DNA from: Eledone cirrhosa
Taxonomy: Eukaryota
DNA: 64,000 nucleotides
Assembly: GCA_964016885.1 (NCBI GenBank)
Contig: OZ024741.1
Span: forward strand, 353,772,001-353,836,000
Direction of reading: 5' to 3'
Positions 58,894 through 64,000 of this stretch are shown one piece after another. Made by a program: the position numbers and the translations under genes. Under the pieces are notes generated by a model. The model was not told the DNA's origin, searched no databases, and saw only the letters and a list, made by a program, of their open reading frames with translations. Each line of letters begins with the position of its first letter. Position 1 is the first letter of the stretch.

Positions 58894-61800
58894 AAATTTC
58901 TTTATTAGTCACAAGGGCACAAAAGATGGAGACAAATACAAATGGAGAGTTTACATACAGGTATATGAAAATAAAACTATTAATAAAATAACAAATAACA
59001 ATTGGAATCCTCAATAGGAGGAAGGCGTTACACAGGGGTTGTACACACCCAGAAAAAAAGTACAACCCTCATCTCCAGGAGCACCAAGAGTGAGTACTCC
59101 CCTCCTCTCTTTCTATTTTTCCTCAACCTACAGGCTTATATAGAGAGAAGGCCCAACCACTCGGGCCATCTTTGCCACATTCACTCACCTTTTATAAAAT
59201 TTGCTGGGGTACAGCACCTCTCTCTCCATCCTGATTCTTCTTCCAAAATGATATTTGAAAAAACGAATCAGTTGTTCGCCGGAGAGAAAGGTGTCTGACC
59301 CTTTTAACCTCGTCCACCATATAACCTCTTTCACCATAGCCATAACACATAGGAAAACTGCCTCTCCTTCGTTTTTGAAGGAGGGGGGCGGTTTGATCAT
59401 GACAATGGACTCGGTGGTCAACTGGATTGGTCCCACCCGCGACAATAGTCGTTCTACATAGTCCCACAGGTCGGTAACGCCCGGGCAGTGTACAAATGCG
59501 TGTGCGTCGGTTTTCTCGTCGCGCACGAATCTCTGACAGATCTTTTTTGAAGGGACCCTTCCCGGGCGCCCGTGTCTGTAGAGCTTGTCACGAACTGGTA
59601 GAGCTCCCCGGTAGCACTGCCAGGCCAGGGACTGTTGGCAGTTGTCCATCGGTCCCGGGCGGAAGGTTCTACCGAACAGACTGGCCAGTTCGTCTTCCTC
59701 TACGCCTAGAGTTTCTCCGAGCGCGTCGTCGCACTTGCTGCGGACCAACCCTCTATAGAATGACGAAGTGGAGTCTCCACTGATCGCCGGGTCCGCCTGC
59801 TAGAGGGCTGTGAGCGCCTGAGCACATTCGATGTGCCAGTCGCCCATTTTCCTCGGTCTTTGCTTGATACAGGGTTGCAGCTCGGTCGTCAACGAAACGA
59901 GTAGTGGGAATGCTCGCCTCACACCGGTTGTCTGGTGAGGAATACGTGGAGGTGCCGCATCGTGAGCGCGTGTTTGTGTATCGTCAGCCACGGCATCCCC
60001 AGCCCTCCATTGGAAGGGTATTGGCAGCAGATGGATCTTCTCACCAAAGGAGCCCGCTTCTTCCAAAGGAATTGGAAGAGTGCGCGCTCCATTTTGGTGA
60101 GCGTTTTGGCAGGACAAGGCACGGCGGCCAAGCGGTAGTAGATGACGGCCGCTATAAAAGTGTTCGCCACCTCTGTTCGGTCTTTCAAGGATAGTTGCAC
60201 TCGGCCCACTTCTGGGTGAGCGCAAACACCTTGGCCGTCACCTCGTTCCAGTTCTTCTCCACCTGGAGGTCCGGTCAAAACCAGACCTCCGAGCAGCTTT
60301 AGCGGTCCTTCCGTCCAGCGTCCGACGACGCCATCAGAAGGCATCGGTTTGCCTCTCCACGTGCCGAGATGCAAACCGAAGGATTGGTCCCGGTTCAGCT
60401 TCGCTCCTGTGAACCTTTCGTATTACTTCAGTAAGGTGCCGACCTCCCCGATTTGCGAGGTGCTCGACACCATTACTGCCACGTCGTCGGCGTAGACCGA
60501 CACCGCTTTTCGCAGTCCCGGTTCCAAAGGGATGCCCTGCAATAGCTCCAACTTCCGCAGTAGTGACTCGAGAGTCAGTACGTACAGAAGGGGGGAGAGA
60601 GGGCATCCCTGTCGGGTGGATCGCGTGATATGGAACGGCTCCGAGAGGTAGCCGTTCACCTTGACCCTTGAGCAGATGTTGCTGCTGTGCATTGCAGCAA
60701 TCCAGCCCCTGAACACGGGTCCGAAGCCTGCCGCCTCGAGCACCGCAACCAAGTAACGATGGTCAACCCTATCGAAAGCCTTAGACTGATCCAAGTTGAT
60801 CAGGCCGCCACCGAAGCCGGGTTTACACTACCCTCTCTATGATGTATCGCATGAGGTGGAGGTGTCGTGTATGGACATGGTCGGGATTGCGCATGTCTGC
60901 GCTTCTCCTACCAGGTTTTAGACGACAAGCACCAGCCTCTTTGCCAACACCTTGGCCGGCAAAATCTGTAACTCTGTGTTTAGCAGAGTTATGGGCCGGA
61001 AGTTGCCTATGTCATCCCCCCTTATTCTCGTCCTTCCTGACTAACGTGACTACGCCCTTGGTTACAGAACTGGGAATACTCCCGTTCTGCTGCCAGTTGC
61101 AGTAGACCGCTTCCAGGAGACCGGAGAACAAGTCTGGTATTGCTACGTAAAATTTGTAGGGTAGACCGTCGAGACCTGGAGATTTTCGTTTGCAGCATTG
61201 GCTCAGCGAGTCTCCTATCTCAGCGGCCGAAATCGGCCTTTCGCAGGACTTCGCCTCGCTGTCCGAGAGTCGCAGCAGGCCGTCGAGGTATGGACCGAAA
61301 TCCATAGCCCCTCCCAGCGCGCCGCCTTGCCCGAACAGTTGAGTAAAGTGCTGCTGAAAGGCCGCGCACATCTGCTTCGGCTCACGTATCACGCGTCCGT
61401 ATTGGTCCTTCAAAGACCGAATTGTGGACTTGTGGCCACTTTTCGCCTCCGTCACTCGGGCTCTGCTAACAGCTTTGTTTCCCAGAGCACGTATTTTACT
61501 ACTGACAACGCATCCTTCATGCTTTGCGTCGAAGAACTGGTCCAAGGCCGTTCTCGTTGCTAGCACGCTGGCTACATTGCCACTCCTCAGTGCCTCTTCT
61601 ACTTTATCTACCAGCTCCTTTTCGGTCTTATTTCTATCTAACACTAATTCTTTACTAAAACCTATTGAGTCTAATCTAACTTCCCTCTTGAGAGAGTACC
61701 ACCATCTGTTGTTGACAATGGCGCCCGTCAAGTGCTGCTTAACTAAAGTGCTAATCCGTCTACTGTAGGCTTTGCATGTCGGTAACGACAAGTTCAGCTT

Positions 61801-64000
61801 CCAGAGCTAGGTCCCTGTCTATGGGTTCTGTCAAGGTTGACTAAACAGGTCACTAGTTTGTGATCTGAATAGGCAACCATGAACATTTGTGGACAGCTTA
61901 ACATGTCCCTATCGCTAACTCTAACTAGAAGCCTATCTAGGTACGCTCTAGATGTTCCGCTATGGTTGGTCCACGTCCACAGTGGCACAGTTGTAAAATC
62001 TAGTCGATATCTATCGGCCAGTTGAAATGGGCCGATTAACATTTTGAGGCTGTTACACCCCCTCTATTGGGACATGCTCCCACATCGTCCCAACGTGCAT
62101 CTAGGATTCCATTCTAGTCCCCCACTAACAACAGAGAGCGGGACGTTCCCTGAAAAGTCTCTAGACGTTTGAAGAAGTCTGGCCGCAGTGTCCCGGATGG
62201 GGCATATGCGGCCACCAGCCTGAAGGATCCACCTTCACTGCCGTCAACGTCTAGGACCACCAGTCGACCTTCCGGGTCCAGATGTACCGTCTGTGTTACG
62301 AGGTCCAAGTCTTTCCGCAGCAAAACGGCAACCCCACCCCCATCTTCCTGCTGACAGAGAGATGCGTAGATCTCAAAGTCGTCGAAGATGGGGGCCAGTT
62401 GTCGCTTGCTGTGGATCCTGGACTCGCAAATGGCTACTGCATCCATACTGTACGACCTGAGGTAGTTTAAGAGTTTACCCTGTTTCCAGGGCATCCCCAG
62501 GCCGCGTATATTCACACATCCAACTCTTATATTGGCCATGCTGGTGCTGAAAAGTTAAAAGAAGAGGAAAAGAAATCACTCACCTCTTCGTCTCCTGGGG
62601 ACTAGGCTGCACAATTTCCATGGGGGTGTTGGAGGGGTTGTTTGGTGGGGTGATGGTCTCTGGCGGGGTGGGGACGGAGATGTTTGGTGGGGAGGGGGTG
62701 TCAGGTGGGGTGGGGTTGTCTGGGGTGGGGTGGGGAAACATTTCAAAAGGACGAGGTTATAGGGTTTAACGCAGGGGCTCCCTACGTCGTTAGGAAATTT
62801 TTCTTTTAACAGTTTATGTGTGTCCATGGAGATCCTAATCATTTTAAGATTATGATTCTCCGAAGAGGGTGTAAAAGTGTTCTCTTCGGTCTCCACCGAA
62901 GGGTTTTTATATATGGTGTCTGTTAAAGTTTTATTGTTAGTATTTATGTAGGTGTAACATTTTTGTTGTGTTGTGTTGCTTTTTGTCTGTGGTTCTTGTG
63001 TGTGTTTACGTTTTGTAGTAGGTGTTTTGTTTTCAGGAGGGGGTGTTTTTGTTTATGCTGTTTGCCTCTCTTGTGTTAGTGTTTGTGTGTTTGTTGCATT
63101 TTTGTTTGTGTTATGTCTTTTCTTTTTTCTTTTTACTGGTCGGAAAGGCTCTCCCTCATCGTCACTGTGTGACGGTGATGAGGCCTAATCCGTGTTGTTG
63201 GGGAGCTGTTATGTGTGTGGGTGTTTCTGGAGTTATTTTAGGTGGGGAGGGGTAGGGTGGGACTGTGTTTGTCGTTTGTTTTATTATCACTATTTTTTTA
63301 TGTTGTTGTTGTTGTGTTGGTGGTGGTGATTGTTCTGCTGGTGTTGCAGGTGTTGGTAGTAATGCTTCTTTTTGGCTAGTTAGCCGAGGACAGGAAGCTC
63401 TCAGGTGACCCCTGCTTAGGCAGTGGTAACATGAGGGCCGCCTACCCTCGACCGAATGTTTATGTATATAAGCCCATCCAGCAGCACATGTTCCGGGATC
63501 CTAGCTATTCGTTCTGGCATCATTTGGACCAGAATTTCCAGGCTAGTTCCGCTGAACAGGTTGCCGGAGGACTTACTACCGATATTATTGAGTCTTTTTC
63601 GAGGTTTAAAAATCCACATAGTACCCACCAAATATCAATATTTGGTGTGATACTTTGGATTTTTATTTTCTGTGTTCTTTTCCCCATGTAAGTAGGGAAA
63701 AAGGTGACACAATTGGCGACACAGAATATTTCTGTGCCGTCAGTTGGTCTTTCATCAGAATGGATAGACTCCCGTAGAGTCTACCCTTCTGAATGAAAGC
63801 AATGTCTTTTAAGGCATCTTCTAAAACCAACTCAATTTCGCCTTGTGAAAGTTGAGTTGGTTTTCGGGTTTTGTTTGAGACTGTCCTGAAAACCACAGTT
63901 TTCAAAGCAGCTTCTCTTCGCAAATCTGGGGGAGAGTTTATGGAGAATGATCCGTTCTCCCCAAAAGTTATGTACTGTCTGGCGTTATTCAAAAGCTCAT
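58894..64000 (-). mobile_element. Long Tx1/L1-clade LINE with ORF1 (CCHC knuckle) and ORF2 (APE-RT), running past the window end; degenerate
   Basis: ORF1 pieces include PSCYHCLSRGHLRASCP (63385-63440). ORF2 starts MANIRVGCVNIRGL at 62539 and includes KSPGLDGLP, DQSKAFDRVDH, RQGCPLSP, YADD. Multiple frameshifts. Confidence 0.93.

Overview
Eukaryotic, AT-rich, repeat-dense genomic DNA with no recognisable intact host gene. The (TA)n/(CA)n/(GA)n/(GATA)n microsatellites and the SINE/LINE repertoire suggest a cephalopod (octopus-like) genome (inference). Mobile elements found: five Penelope-like element (PLE) remnants, three copies of a Tx1/L1-clade LINE, a near-intact RTE LINE with three C-terminal C2H2 fingers, CRE-, R4- and RTE-type fragments, a DD37D (maT) mariner, a FLYWCH-MULE remnant, MITEs and SINEs. 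The main hidden signal is RNA-level: the window is a hammerhead-ribozyme (HHR) hotspot. (1) A 7.5-kb array of 24 near-identical 310-bp units (35902-43451) carries one intact type I HHR per unit, i.e. a retrozyme-like array predicted to yield 310-nt, possibly circular, RNAs. (2) Every PLE remnant has an HHR at its 3' end. (3) Two repeat families carry a non-canonical core with the compensatory U3-A8 swap (UUGAUAA, UUGAAAA), which CUGANGA searches would miss. (4) One family has a 100-115 nt stem II and occurs as perfect head-to-head palindromes encoding an HHR on both strands. All structures were folded by eye; none is experimentally or computationally validated. Most ORFs in the supplied track are microsatellite artefacts.
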